A DNA stretch of 22,043 bases from an uncultured Deinococcales bacterium (GCA_964244895.1 CAXTKV010000074.1:1-22043); one strand, 5' to 3'. Counted from the stretch's first letter, positions 8,134-17,715 are shown. The notes: generated by a model not told the origin, from the letters alone. Program-made: numbers and translations.

Positions 8134-8209
8134 ACTGGGCAACCGTGAACTGGGCAACCGTGAACTGGGCGCGGGTGGTGGTGGCGGTGGTGGTGGCGGT
8201 GGTGGTGAC
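8134..8209. repeat. Two adjacent in-frame tandem repeats: 15-bp x2.5 and 12-bp x3
   Basis: ACTGGGCAACCGTGA at 8134 and 8149, partial at 8164; GGTGGTGGTGGC at 8174, 8186 and 8198 (last with one mismatch). Confidence 0.9.
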
Positions 8210-9131
8210 GCTCGCGGGGTGCGTCAGTCCCGCGCTCGAGCCAGACCCGTTCGGCTCGAGCCTCATTCAACCTGCACCATCCTTATCGCGCGTGCTCGAG
8301 ACGGCGCGGGACGTGATCGGGTCGGAGCGGACGCTCGCGCTGAGAGAATTGTTGAACCGGAACGTGCCGGAGGGCGCACCGATGGCGAACCTGCCGGGGT
8401 TCGATTCCAGGCGCGCGGAAATCCAGGCCGTCTGGCGGTGGCTGATGTTCATTCGGGGCGTACACGACGCGCGTGCCCAGCTCAAGACGATGGCGCTTCG
8501 GGATCGGACGATGGCGCTCGCGTCCAACGCACCGTTTCCGCTCGAGCCTCGGGCGGTGCTGGAACACCGCGCGGAAATCTGGTGGGCGGCGCGCGCCGCG
8601 AAGCTGCCGCCGGAGGTGCTGGCGGCCATCGTGGACGACGAGCAATCGGGCGCGAACCTGATGCTGGGCCTGTCCGGTGCGTTGCGCGCGCTGGCGGACG
8701 GTCTGGCGCTGACCGAAGCCCGACTGACGGGACGCTCGAGCCTCTCGGGCGGATTTTCCATGACGCTCGGGATCGCACAGATGTCGTGGCGCGACGCGAT
8801 GGGTCAACGCGCGCGTCTGGACGCGATGAACGCGCGGTTCGAGCCGCGCGTTCCGACGAGCGAACTCGAGATGCGCGCGTCGCTCGAGCGCCCCGATGCG
8901 AACCTGATGCTGACCGCCAGCCGATTGCGCGGTTACCTGAACGCCAGCCTGCACCGTCCCAGCCTGGACGTGCGCGCCTTCCCGAGCGGTTGGGCGGCGC
9001 TCGAGGGGCCGTTGTGGCACAACCGTCCCGATCTGGCGCGCGCGCGCCAGGTCAACGCCTACGCTTTCCACGCGTTTTTCAAGGCGTGCCTGTACGCGGT
9101 GCTGCTCGAGGATAAACGCGTCGAGGACTGA
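8145..9131 (+). CDS. Putative lipoprotein with a lysozyme/lytic-transglycosylase-like domain
   Basis: Hydrophobic stretch plus LAGC lipobox; LPPEVLAAIVDDE, LGIAQM and LERPDANLMLTASRL resemble SLT-fold motifs. Start could be GTG 8145 or 8160. Confidence 0.65.
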   Translation: MNWATVNWARVVVAVVVAVVVTLAGCVSPALEPDPFGSSLIQPAPSLSRVLETARDVIGSERTLALRELLNRNVPEGAPMANLPGFDSRRAEIQAVWRWLMFIRGVHDARAQLKTMALRDRTMALASNAPFPLEPRAVLEHRAEIWWAARAAKLPPEVLAAIVDDEQSGANLMLGLSGALRALADGLALTEARLTGRSSLSGGFSMTLGIAQMSWRDAMGQRARLDAMNARFEPRVPTSELEMRASLERPDANLMLTASRLRGYLNASLHRPSLDVRAFPSGWAALEGPLWHNRPDLARARQVNAYAFHAFFKACLYAVLLEDKRVED

Positions 9132-9177
9132 GAACACCGTCCAGCACGCGAATCCTGAAATGCGTGCTGGACGGTGT
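9130..9177. repeat. Dispersed palindromic element
   Basis: Perfect 16-bp inverted repeat ACACCGTCCAGCACGC (9134-9149 / 9162-9177), 12-nt loop; overlaps the upstream TGA. Confidence 0.95.
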
Positions 9178-9436
9178 CCCCGCGGTTCCACGGCGTACGG
9201 AACCCGGCCACAAAACCGATCTTTGCGGGGCGCAATTCACGGCCCGTTTCGAGATGCTCGAGCCTCTCTTTTCCAGGTCTTCCTGATCTTCGTTCAGAAT
9301 CTTTCGCTGTCGCTCGGTCGATCCCGCGCAACGCGGACGCCTCAGGGTGACGAGGAAGCTCGAGGCGCGACCAGTTCGGGGTTTTCGCGTTAAACCCCGA
9401 ACTCGAGACACCGCTATGACTCGAGGCCAGACCGCT

Positions 9437-10405
9437 TCAGGCCGTACCGAAACTGAGGCCCAGTTCCTGCAACCACTGCCGGTACGCGATCGCCATGCGG
9501 TCGGATCTGAGGTGCAGCTCGGCCTGCAAATCGAGCGGCAATCGTTCCGGGCGTTGCGATTCCAGGATCGGCTGATCCTGCGAGAAAATCGTGGCCTGAA
9601 AGGCTTGCCGCTCGCTGTCCGGCGTGTCGTGCGCGTAATTCATGGCCAGCACGAACCGCGCGGTGGTCTCGAGCTGGCTGACCGGCGTGACCGCCAGCAT
9701 GATCGTCAGGCATTTCTCGCCCGAATTCTTGCGGAAGTACGCGACCAGTGGCCGGAAGACCGTGTAGGTGTAGTTGACCCAGCGGCCCACGCCATCCCCG
9801 TCCGGGTTGGGCTGGTAGACCTCGATGTCCCTTGAGGTGATGCCTTCCGGCGCGTGCTCGACGGTATAATCAGGGATTTCCGGGTGATCCTGGGAACCCA
9901 GGTAGCCCTCGTGGACGAACGCGAAATAGGCGACATCCAGAAAATTTTCCACCACCCGTGGGCCGCTGGCGTGAACGGAAAAAGGGCCGCACGGAATTTT
10001 CTTGAAATGTTCGTCCGTCCATTCGGGCAGAGCGGGCGGGTCGTGCTCGGGTTGCTCGAACGCGACCCAGACGATGCCGCTCGAGATACTTAGGGGCAGT
10101 CGCGGCGTGCGCGCTTTGGTCGGGATGGCCTGGTCGGGATGCGCCGGAATGTGAACGCACGCGCCGCCGGAACCGTAAGCCCAGCCGTGGTACGGGCAGG
10201 TCAAGCGCCCATCCGTCAGCTTGCCGAGCGAGAGTTTCGTGCCGCGATGCACGCACAGATCCAGCCAGCATTCCCAGCCGTTTTCCAGGTGAACCAGCAC
10301 CAGGTCTTCGTTCAGCAGCCGAAAGCCGAAAGGCTCGTTCGGATTCAACTCGCTCAGGTCGGCGGCGGGCAGCCATTCGCGTTTGAGCACCGGGTCGTCA
10401 ATCAT
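9437..10405 (-). CDS. Rieske non-heme iron oxygenase alpha subunit (VanA/NdmA-like demethylase family)
   Basis: Rieske motif CVHRG...CPYHGW, ENFLDVAYFAFVH, FSQDQPILESQRP; ATG 10405 is 5 nt after TACACT (leaderless-type). Confidence 0.9.
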   Translation of the reverse strand: MIDDPVLKREWLPAADLSELNPNEPFGFRLLNEDLVLVHLENGWECWLDLCVHRGTKLSLGKLTDGRLTCPYHGWAYGSGGACVHIPAHPDQAIPTKARTPRLPLSISSGIVWVAFEQPEHDPPALPEWTDEHFKKIPCGPFSVHASGPRVVENFLDVAYFAFVHEGYLGSQDHPEIPDYTVEHAPEGITSRDIEVYQPNPDGDGVGRWVNYTYTVFRPLVAYFRKNSGEKCLTIMLAVTPVSQLETTARFVLAMNYAHDTPDSERQAFQATIFSQDQPILESQRPERLPLDLQAELHLRSDRMAIAYRQWLQELGLSFGTA

Positions 10406-10569
10406 GCCCGAGTGTAATCGGGCGAACCGCTCGAGCGCCAACGCGGCGTCCGACTCGGACTTGTCGAGCGACCCGTTTTCGTGTGACACTCTGCGAACCA
10501 GCTTCGGTTTCAGGCCGAAACTGATCAAAAAACTCGAGACGTGACCTCAGTTTCTCGAGCGGAGGGCGT

Positions 10570-11727
10570 ATGAAGAACAGGTTCCTGTCGTTCGGACTGG
10601 CGGCACTCGCGGTCGCCACCATCGGGCTGGTTTCGAGCATTCCGGCTCAGAACGCGAAACTCAAGGTGGCCTTCATTTACATCGGCCCGCCCGGAGATTA
10701 CGGCTGGACCTACGCGCACGAACAGGGCCGGTTGGCCTTGCAAAAAGCCCTGCCGGACATCGAAACCATCAAGGTCGAGAACGTGCCCGAATCTCAGGCC
10801 GGGCCGTTTCTGGACCAGGTCGTCAAGGAAGGCGCGAAAGTCGTGTTCACCACCTCTTTCGGCTACATGGATGGCACCCTAGAAGCCGCCAAGAAGTACC
10901 CGGACGTGATCTTCGCGCACGCCACGGGCTTCAAACGCGCACCCAACATGGCGACGTACATGATCGACCTCTACCAGATGTACTACCTGAACGGCATGAT
11001 CGCCGGGGCGCTCAGCAAGACGGACAAACTCGGGTACGTCGCGGCCTTCCCGATCCCGGAAGTCAAACGCGACATCAACGCCTTCGCGCTGGGAGCCAGG
11101 GCCACCAACCCGAAAGCCACCGTCAGCGTCACCTGGATCAACGCCTGGTTCGATCCGAACAAGGCCAAGGAAGCCACCGAAGCCCTGCTGGCCGACGGCG
11201 CGGACGCTTTTGCCTTCCACGAGGACACGCCGACCGTGATCCAGACCGCCGCCGCCAAGGGCGCGATCGGTTTTTCGCACAACAGCCCGATGCAGAAATT
11301 CGCGCCGAAAGCCGTCCCGAGCGGACAGCTTTCGGATTGGGCTCCGTACTACATCGATTTCGTGAAGAAAGTTCAGGCCGGAACCTACACCACCAAAAAC
11401 CTGGCGGATGTGGACTACTGGGGCCGGATGAGCGAGGGCGGCGCGCAACTTGGCGGGGAATACGGCGTGCCGATCAACCCGGAATTCGTCGGCGCCCTGA
11501 AAGCCAAGAAGGTCGGTTCGCAGAGCGTCTACGACCTGGTGATGTCCCGCATGCAGCAGATGAGCGCCAAGGGCGGCCCGAAGTTCGAGCCGTTCAGCGG
11601 CCCGATCAAGGATCGCAACGGCGTGACTCGCGTGGCCGCCGCGAAATCCTTGACGCAGGGCGAACTGTTCAGCATGGAATGGGCCGCGCCCGGCGTGGTC
11701 GGCCCGTGGGCGAACGAACCCAAGTGA
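10570..11727 (+). CDS. BMP family ABC transporter substrate-binding protein (purine/nucleoside type)
   Basis: KVAFIYIGPPGDYGWTYAHEQGR, FTTSFGYMD, IPEVKRDINAFALGA, WFDP; signal peptide; GGAGGG RBS. Confidence 0.93.
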   Translation: MKNRFLSFGLAALAVATIGLVSSIPAQNAKLKVAFIYIGPPGDYGWTYAHEQGRLALQKALPDIETIKVENVPESQAGPFLDQVVKEGAKVVFTTSFGYMDGTLEAAKKYPDVIFAHATGFKRAPNMATYMIDLYQMYYLNGMIAGALSKTDKLGYVAAFPIPEVKRDINAFALGARATNPKATVSVTWINAWFDPNKAKEATEALLADGADAFAFHEDTPTVIQTAAAKGAIGFSHNSPMQKFAPKAVPSGQLSDWAPYYIDFVKKVQAGTYTTKNLADVDYWGRMSEGGAQLGGEYGVPINPEFVGALKAKKVGSQSVYDLVMSRMQQMSAKGGPKFEPFSGPIKDRNGVTRVAAAKSLTQGELFSMEWAAPGVVGPWANEPK

Positions 11728-11747
11728 TCCCGGCCTGACGGGTCTTT

Positions 11748-11773
11748 GTAGGGGCAACCCTCGTGGTCGCCCT
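11748..11773 (+). repeat. GTAG-type REP-like palindrome
   Basis: GTAGGGGCAACCCTCGTGGTCGCCCT; homologous to 1275-1300. Confidence 0.8.
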
Positions 11774-11820
11774 TCCCTCGAGCCTTGTTCGATCACCCTC
11801 GCGAAAACGCCCTCGACACG

Positions 11821-11870
11821 AGAACACCGTCCAGCACGCGAGTCTGAATATGCGTGCTGGACGGTGTTCT
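11821..11870. repeat. Dispersed palindromic element (best consensus copy)
   Basis: Perfect 19-bp inverted repeat AGAACACCGTCCAGCACGC, 12-nt loop, between convergent genes. Confidence 0.95.
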
Positions 11871-11911
11871 TGCAGCTTGCGGCCCACCCCCGAGCCCCGA
11901 CCGGGACGCCC

Positions 11912-12181
11912 TTAGCCCTGGCTCGAGAGCCGCGCGTACAACTGTCGAACCAGCCGCACGGGACGGCGCACCAGGCTGATGGGTCGGGCTCGAGGCCATC
12001 GGAACTCGCGAAGGCTCGAAAGCGCCCGACCCAGCGCGGTTTGAGGCTCGAGCCTGGACGACCCGTAGATCACCAAGAGCGCACCGACGATCGCGTCCGT
12101 GGGTTCTCCCTGGGCGATGAACAGTCCGAGCAGCCCGAGACCGAGGGCTGTCAGGAACCATTCAAACCAGGCGTGTCTCAT
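11912..12181 (-). CDS. Small membrane protein (89 aa)
   Basis: Two hydrophobic segments and an Arg-rich tail; AGGAG RBS at 12190-12194. Confidence 0.65.
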   Translation of the reverse strand: MRHAWFEWFLTALGLGLLGLFIAQGEPTDAIVGALLVIYGSSRLEPQTALGRALSSLREFRWPRARPISLVRRPVRLVRQLYARLSSQG

Positions 12182-12315
12182 CGCGTCATCTCCTACTGCT
12201 ATTGCACCAGATCGCATGAGAACCCCGTGTGAGACGGCTCGCAGAACACGCCATTGTGCGTAGGGGCTCTGGCATTCGATCTACCGAGCAACGCGAGGGC
12301 TCGAGAAAAACGGAT

Positions 12316-12351
12316 TGGACGGTGCTCTCAGGGTGCAAGAACACCGCCCAG
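12316..12351. repeat. Outward-facing pair of half-sites of the dispersed element
   Basis: TGGACGGTGCTCT-N9-AGAACACCGCCCAG. Confidence 0.7.
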
Positions 12352-12366
12352 AGCGCAAATCTTCGA

Positions 12367-12933
12367 TTATTTCTTCGAGAGCAGGTCGGTCAGTTCCTTG
12401 AGAGAATCGGCCATGCGACCGTCCTTGAAAGGGTTGAAGGGCTTGTCGTTCTGGATCGCGTCGAACATCGCGCGGTTGCCACCGCCGGGGCCGCCCTGAC
12501 CGCCGCCCTGACCGCCCGCGCGGGGAAGCCCGATACCGCCGCTCTGCGTTCCTTGTTCTGCCATGCGCTTGCGGCGTTCCTCTTCTTGCGCCAGGCGTTT
12601 TTCATCCATCCATTTGAGTTGCGCGGCGCTGGCGACCTTGTCTTCTAGGGTGTTGGTGATCTTGGTCGCGTCCTCGGGTTTGAGGACGGGCCGCGCGCCC
12701 AAATCCTTGAGGATCGGCAAGGCCAGCTTGGCCTGGGCTTTGGTGAAGGCCAGTTTGGGTTCCTTGTCCACGTCGACCATGATGCGGATGGTGCTGCCCA
12801 GATCGAACCACGGACGGTATTTCTGGAACTTGGCGGCCATGGCCGGGTCCTGTCCACCGGGGCCACCCTGCGCCAGGACGATGCCGACGAGCGCGATGCT
12901 CGAGAATGCGAGTGCGGTCAATGCTTTTTTCAT
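12367..12933 (-). CDS. Exported hypothetical protein with Gly-rich linker (188 aa)
   Basis: MKKALTALAFSSIALVGIVLAQ signal peptide; GGAGG RBS at 12939-12943; downstream of and co-oriented with the efflux operon. Confidence 0.85.
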   Translation of the reverse strand: MKKALTALAFSSIALVGIVLAQGGPGGQDPAMAAKFQKYRPWFDLGSTIRIMVDVDKEPKLAFTKAQAKLALPILKDLGARPVLKPEDATKITNTLEDKVASAAQLKWMDEKRLAQEEERRKRMAEQGTQSGGIGLPRAGGQGGGQGGPGGGNRAMFDAIQNDKPFNPFKDGRMADSLKELTDLLSKK

Positions 12934-13098
12934 GTCTTCCTCCAAAAAAGTGTTTCAACTCGAGATGAATCCTGAATGGAAACCTTCAGCCGTCCGCCGT
13001 CTGCTCGAGAAGACCGTCTTGAACGCTGCCTATTCGTGGATGCTGGGTGGCTCGGGTTGAACCCTGACCCGTACCGTCTGGTGCACCCGAATCCGAGT

Positions 13099-14421
13099 TC
13101 ACTCGTAGCGCAGTGAATCCACGGGGTCGAGCTTCGCAGCGCGGGACGCGGGGTAATAGCCGAAGAAAATCCCGACCGCCGCGCTGAAGCCGAAAGCCAG
13201 GAGAACGCTGCCCGTGCCGATGACCGGCGTGATGCTCAATCCCTTGCCCGCCGCGAACGCCAGCCCCGTGCCGATCACGATGCCGATGATGCCGCCACCG
13301 ACGGACAGCACGAAAGCTTCGACCAGGAATTGCGTCAGGATGTCGCGCGGTTTTGCGCCGAGCGCCTTGCGGATGCCGATCTCGCGGGTGCGCTCCGTGA
13401 CGGAGACCAGCATGATGTTCATGATGCCGATGCCGCCGACCAGCAAACTGATGCCCGCCACGCCGCCCAGGAACAGCGTCAGGATCTGCGTGATCTGGTT
13501 GACGCTGGCCAGCGCGTCCGCCTGGTTCTGAACGTTGAAATCGTACTCGTCGGGCGTGGCTTTCTTATGGCGCACGGCCAGCAGGTCGGTGATGTCCTGC
13601 TGAAGCTGTTTGAGGTCGTTCTTGTCGGTGCCCTGAATGAAAGCGCTGCTGACGGTCTTGCCGCTGTTGGTGCCGCTCGCCTCCTGCCGCCCGAGGCGCT
13701 GGAGGTAGGTGTTGAGCGGCACGTAAATCGCGGAGTTCGGGCTGCCGAAACCGCTCGCGCCCTTGTCGGGCAGCACGCCGACGACGGTGAAGCTGACGCC
13801 GTTGATCTTGATTTTCTGACCCAGCGCGTCGCCGTTGTCGCCGAACAGATCCGTCTGGATTTGCGTACCGATCACCGCCACGCGTTTGCGGCTGGTGTTG
13901 TCGGCGTCGGTGAACCACGCGCCGCGTTCGACCTCGCTGTTGCGCACCACGGCGTAACCGGGCCAGGTTCCGGTGATGCTGGCGTTGGTGTTCTGGCTGT
14001 TGGCCTTGACCTGAATGTTGCGTTGCAGCGAGGGCGCGATGCCGCTGATGCGGGATGCGAACTGCGTCTGGATGGCTTTGATGTCGTCCAGCGTGATCGA
14101 GGGTGCGCCGAAGGAGCGCACGATTCCGGGCGGGCCGCCGTTGCGCGATTGACCGCTGGCGACGGTCAGCAAGTTCGTGCCCAATCCCTCGAGTTGCTTG
14201 GTGATGCCGCCCGTCGCGCCCGATCCCAGGCTGGTCAGGGCGATCACGGCGGCCACACCGATGATCACGCCGAGCGCGGTCAGCATGCTGCGCAACGGGT
14301 TTCCCCGAATCGCGCGCCAGGCGATGCCGACCGTCTGGATCAGGTTCAGTCCCGCCACGCTCGAGCGGGTTTTCTGCACGGGCGGGCTGGCGTCCAGTTG
14401 GCGGGCTCGCATGGCGCTCAT
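13099..14421 (-). CDS. MacB/FtsX-type ABC transporter permease
   Basis: LRSMLTALGVIIGVAAVI, GGIGIMNIMLVSVTERTREIGIRKALGA, QFLVEA, PASRAAKLDPVDSLRYE; AGGAG before ATG 14421. Confidence 0.95.
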   Translation of the reverse strand: MSAMRARQLDASPPVQKTRSSVAGLNLIQTVGIAWRAIRGNPLRSMLTALGVIIGVAAVIALTSLGSGATGGITKQLEGLGTNLLTVASGQSRNGGPPGIVRSFGAPSITLDDIKAIQTQFASRISGIAPSLQRNIQVKANSQNTNASITGTWPGYAVVRNSEVERGAWFTDADNTSRKRVAVIGTQIQTDLFGDNGDALGQKIKINGVSFTVVGVLPDKGASGFGSPNSAIYVPLNTYLQRLGRQEASGTNSGKTVSSAFIQGTDKNDLKQLQQDITDLLAVRHKKATPDEYDFNVQNQADALASVNQITQILTLFLGGVAGISLLVGGIGIMNIMLVSVTERTREIGIRKALGAKPRDILTQFLVEAFVLSVGGGIIGIVIGTGLAFAAGKGLSITPVIGTGSVLLAFGFSAAVGIFFGYYPASRAAKLDPVDSLRYE

Positions 14422-14438
14422 GACGCTCCTCTTTTCTG

Positions 14439-14490
14439 GGGAACACCGTCCAGGACGCAAATGAATCCGTGCGTCCTGGACGGTGTTCCC
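14439..14490. repeat. Dispersed palindromic element inside the operon
   Basis: Perfect 21-bp inverted repeat GGGAACACCGTCCAGGACGCA, 10-nt loop. Confidence 0.95.
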
Positions 14491-14503
14491 GTAAATTCGT
14501 GGC

Positions 14504-15265
<762 letters not shown>

Positions 15266-16612
15266 TTAAGGCCCGCCAATCGCGCTGGTGCTCGAGCCCT
15301 TCTGCTGGCGCGTGGGCAGCACGATGGTTTCGCCCGCCTTGAGGCCGTCCGTGACGACGATGTTCGTGCCGTCGTCCGGGCCGGTCGTGACGCGGCGCGT
15401 GTCCACGGTCTTGCCGTCGCTCGTCTTCTGTCCAGCCGGGAGCTGCACGTCCACGTAGGATCGGGTGCGAACCGTCTGGATGGCGCGTTTGGGGATCGTA
15501 ATAGCGTCCTGGATTTCCTGGCTGACAATTTCCGCCTCGGCGGTCATGCCGGGGCGGAGCGCGCGAGCCTGGTTGTCCACGGTGACGGTCGCGTAGAAGA
15601 CCGCGATGTTCGAGACGACCGTGGCGGACGGGCTGATGCTGGTGACGGTTCCGGTGAAGGTTTGACCGGGCAGCGCGTCCAGCGTCAGGTCGGCCTTCTG
15701 ACCGAGCTTGACCTGCGCGATCTGGGTTTCGTCCACCTGGACGGGCATCTGAATCTTGGAGTCATCAATCAGCGTCACCAGCGCGCCACCACCGGACGAG
15801 CTTCCCGTGCCGAGCGCCGAACCGCCGACCGCTCCGTTGACCGCCGAGACCACGCCAGTGAAGGGCGCGTAGACTTTCGTGTTGGAAAGATCCGTCTGGG
15901 CGCTCTTGAAGCTGATGGCGGCCTGATCCACGGCGTACTGCAGGTTCTGGAGGTTCTGTGCGCCCGCCGCGTTCTTCAACGGCTGGGACTGGCGGGCCGC
16001 GTTGAGCGCCGCGCGGGCGCTTTGAAGGTTCGTCTGCGCCTGATCGAGGCTGGATTGCGCGTCCTTGACGGTTTGCGCGCTGACGCCGCCCGCCGCGAAC
16101 AGGTTCTTCTGGCTTTGCAGGTTGGTGGTAGCGGTCTGAACGCTCAATTGCGCGTTGTCGAATTGCGCCTGCGCGCTGGCGACTTGCTGATTCTGCGAGG
16201 CGCTGTCGCTCGAGGCGGTCGCGCGTTGGCCCGCGAGTTGGGCTTGCGCTTTGGAAAGCGCCAACTGCGCGTTGTCCAACGAGCGCTGGTAGTTGGTTGG
16301 ATCGAGCTTGGCCAGGAGCTGTCCCTTGGTGACGCGGTCGCCGACCTTGACGATCGAGAGGATCGTGCCGTTGACCTGCGGTTTCACGTCCGCGCTGTTG
16401 ATCGCGGACAGCGTGCCGGGGCCGGTCACGCTGACCCGGAAGACGCCCTGGGTGGCGGTCGCGGTTTCGACCTTGGCGGCGGTGGACGCGCTGGTATTTC
16501 CCTGCGGGAGCTTGATGACGCCGGTCAGCAGCAGCGCCGCGGCGGCCACCGGCACGAGCAGCAAGCTCCACCACGGGCTGATGCGTTTTCTGGGTTGTTG
16601 TGCGGAAATCAT
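15266..16612 (-). CDS. Efflux periplasmic adaptor (MacA-like membrane fusion protein)
   Basis: N-terminal TM segment, lipoyl-like halves VKVGDRVTKGQLL and VYAPFTGVV, long alpha-hairpin, VDETQIAQVKLGQ, LRPGMTA; ATGA overlap and AGGAGG. Confidence 0.94.
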   Translation of the reverse strand: MISAQQPRKRISPWWSLLLVPVAAAALLLTGVIKLPQGNTSASTAAKVETATATQGVFRVSVTGPGTLSAINSADVKPQVNGTILSIVKVGDRVTKGQLLAKLDPTNYQRSLDNAQLALSKAQAQLAGQRATASSDSASQNQQVASAQAQFDNAQLSVQTATTNLQSQKNLFAAGGVSAQTVKDAQSSLDQAQTNLQSARAALNAARQSQPLKNAAGAQNLQNLQYAVDQAAISFKSAQTDLSNTKVYAPFTGVVSAVNGAVGGSALGTGSSSGGGALVTLIDDSKIQMPVQVDETQIAQVKLGQKADLTLDALPGQTFTGTVTSISPSATVVSNIAVFYATVTVDNQARALRPGMTAEAEIVSQEIQDAITIPKRAIQTVRTRSYVDVQLPAGQKTSDGKTVDTRRVTTGPDDGTNIVVTDGLKAGETIVLPTRQQKGSSTSAIGGP

Positions 16613-17715
16613 GATGCGCCTCCTTTGAGACCGATCTGATCCACCCCGGACGCGGTCGAGAGCGACGCGAGCGCCCGCAGGTACGAATCCGTGGATTGAG
16701 TGTACGTATAACGCGCGCGGAGCGCCGTCACCTGGGTGGTCTGGAGTTGCACCGCCGAGATCGTGCCGCTCTTGAATTTGGCCTGATCCTGCGACAGGGA
16801 TTCGGTGGCGTTATCCAGGTTCTGCTTGGCGATTCGCACCTGCTCCAGCGCGTTCGAGACGTTGCGGTTGGCGTCTCTCAGGCTGGTCAGGGCGTTGGTG
16901 CGGGTGGTGTCCAGGGTGCGCTGCGCGTTCTCGAGTTGGGTCTTGAAGTCGCGCAGGGTGGCGGGCGGGGTGTACTCGTTGTCGGAAAGGCGCACGTTCA
17001 GGTTGGCCAGGTCTACGGCCTGGGACGCCTGAAGCACGCTGGGCAGGCGCGTCTCGAGGCTTTTTTCCAGGGTGGCCTGGTCGATCTTGACTTCCTTGAA
17101 AGCGGGCGGGGCGCCGACCGTCAGGTTGCCGGTGTTCGTGCCGAGCATGACCTCGAGCCGGTTCGAGAGGATCGGCAGTTGGGCTTTGGCGTCCGCCAGG
17201 CTCTGCTTGCTGGCTGAAAGGGTCGAATCGGCCTTGCTGACATCGAGTTGCGTGCCGTTCTTGGCGGCCAGTTTGGCCTTGGCGACATCCAGGTTTTTGG
17301 CATCCAGATCGAGTTGCGCCTGCAAGACCTTGACGTTCTCCTGGCCTTCAAAAAGGTTCAGGTACGCCCCGGCGACGTTCGACATGACGCTCAATTTTTG
17401 CGCCTCGAGCTGCGCGGTGTTGAGCGCCAGGGTCTGCTGGGCTTGCGTCATGGCGATCACCAGCGTGCTGGGGTCGGATTGCTTGGCGGCCAGGTCGGCC
17501 TGGGCGTTCTTCAGGGTCGCCTGGGACGTGGCCAGATCGGGGCCTTTGGTGAAAGCCTGAGTCATGCTGCTCTCCAGCGTCAGTACCGTCTGCGCGGAGG
17601 TCAAGCCGATCGCGAGCGCCGCGCCAAGCGCCGCCAGGTAGGCGGATCGCCTCGAGAGAACCGTGCTGGACGGTGTTTTTGATTGGGCTCGCGTCTGGGA
17701 CGGTGTCGGGCTCAT
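16609..17715 (-). CDS. TolC/OEP family protein, short paralog
   Basis: Signal peptide, LTLESSMTQAF, VAGAYLNL, FKSGTISAVQL OEP motifs; GGGAGG RBS before ATG 17715. Alternative start 17802 (TGATG overlap) cannot be excluded. Confidence 0.82.
   Translation of the reverse strand: MSPTPSQTRAQSKTPSSTVLSRRSAYLAALGAALAIGLTSAQTVLTLESSMTQAFTKGPDLATSQATLKNAQADLAAKQSDPSTLVIAMTQAQQTLALNTAQLEAQKLSVMSNVAGAYLNLFEGQENVKVLQAQLDLDAKNLDVAKAKLAAKNGTQLDVSKADSTLSASKQSLADAKAQLPILSNRLEVMLGTNTGNLTVGAPPAFKEVKIDQATLEKSLETRLPSVLQASQAVDLANLNVRLSDNEYTPPATLRDFKTQLENAQRTLDTTRTNALTSLRDANRNVSNALEQVRIAKQNLDNATESLSQDQAKFKSGTISAVQLQTTQVTALRARYTYTQSTDSYLRALASLSTASGVDQIGLKGGAS

Noticed and set aside
9180..9430. Possible small gene or pseudogene between the lipoprotein and Rieske genes
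   Set aside because: Overlapping short ORFs lack start signals and recognisable similarity.
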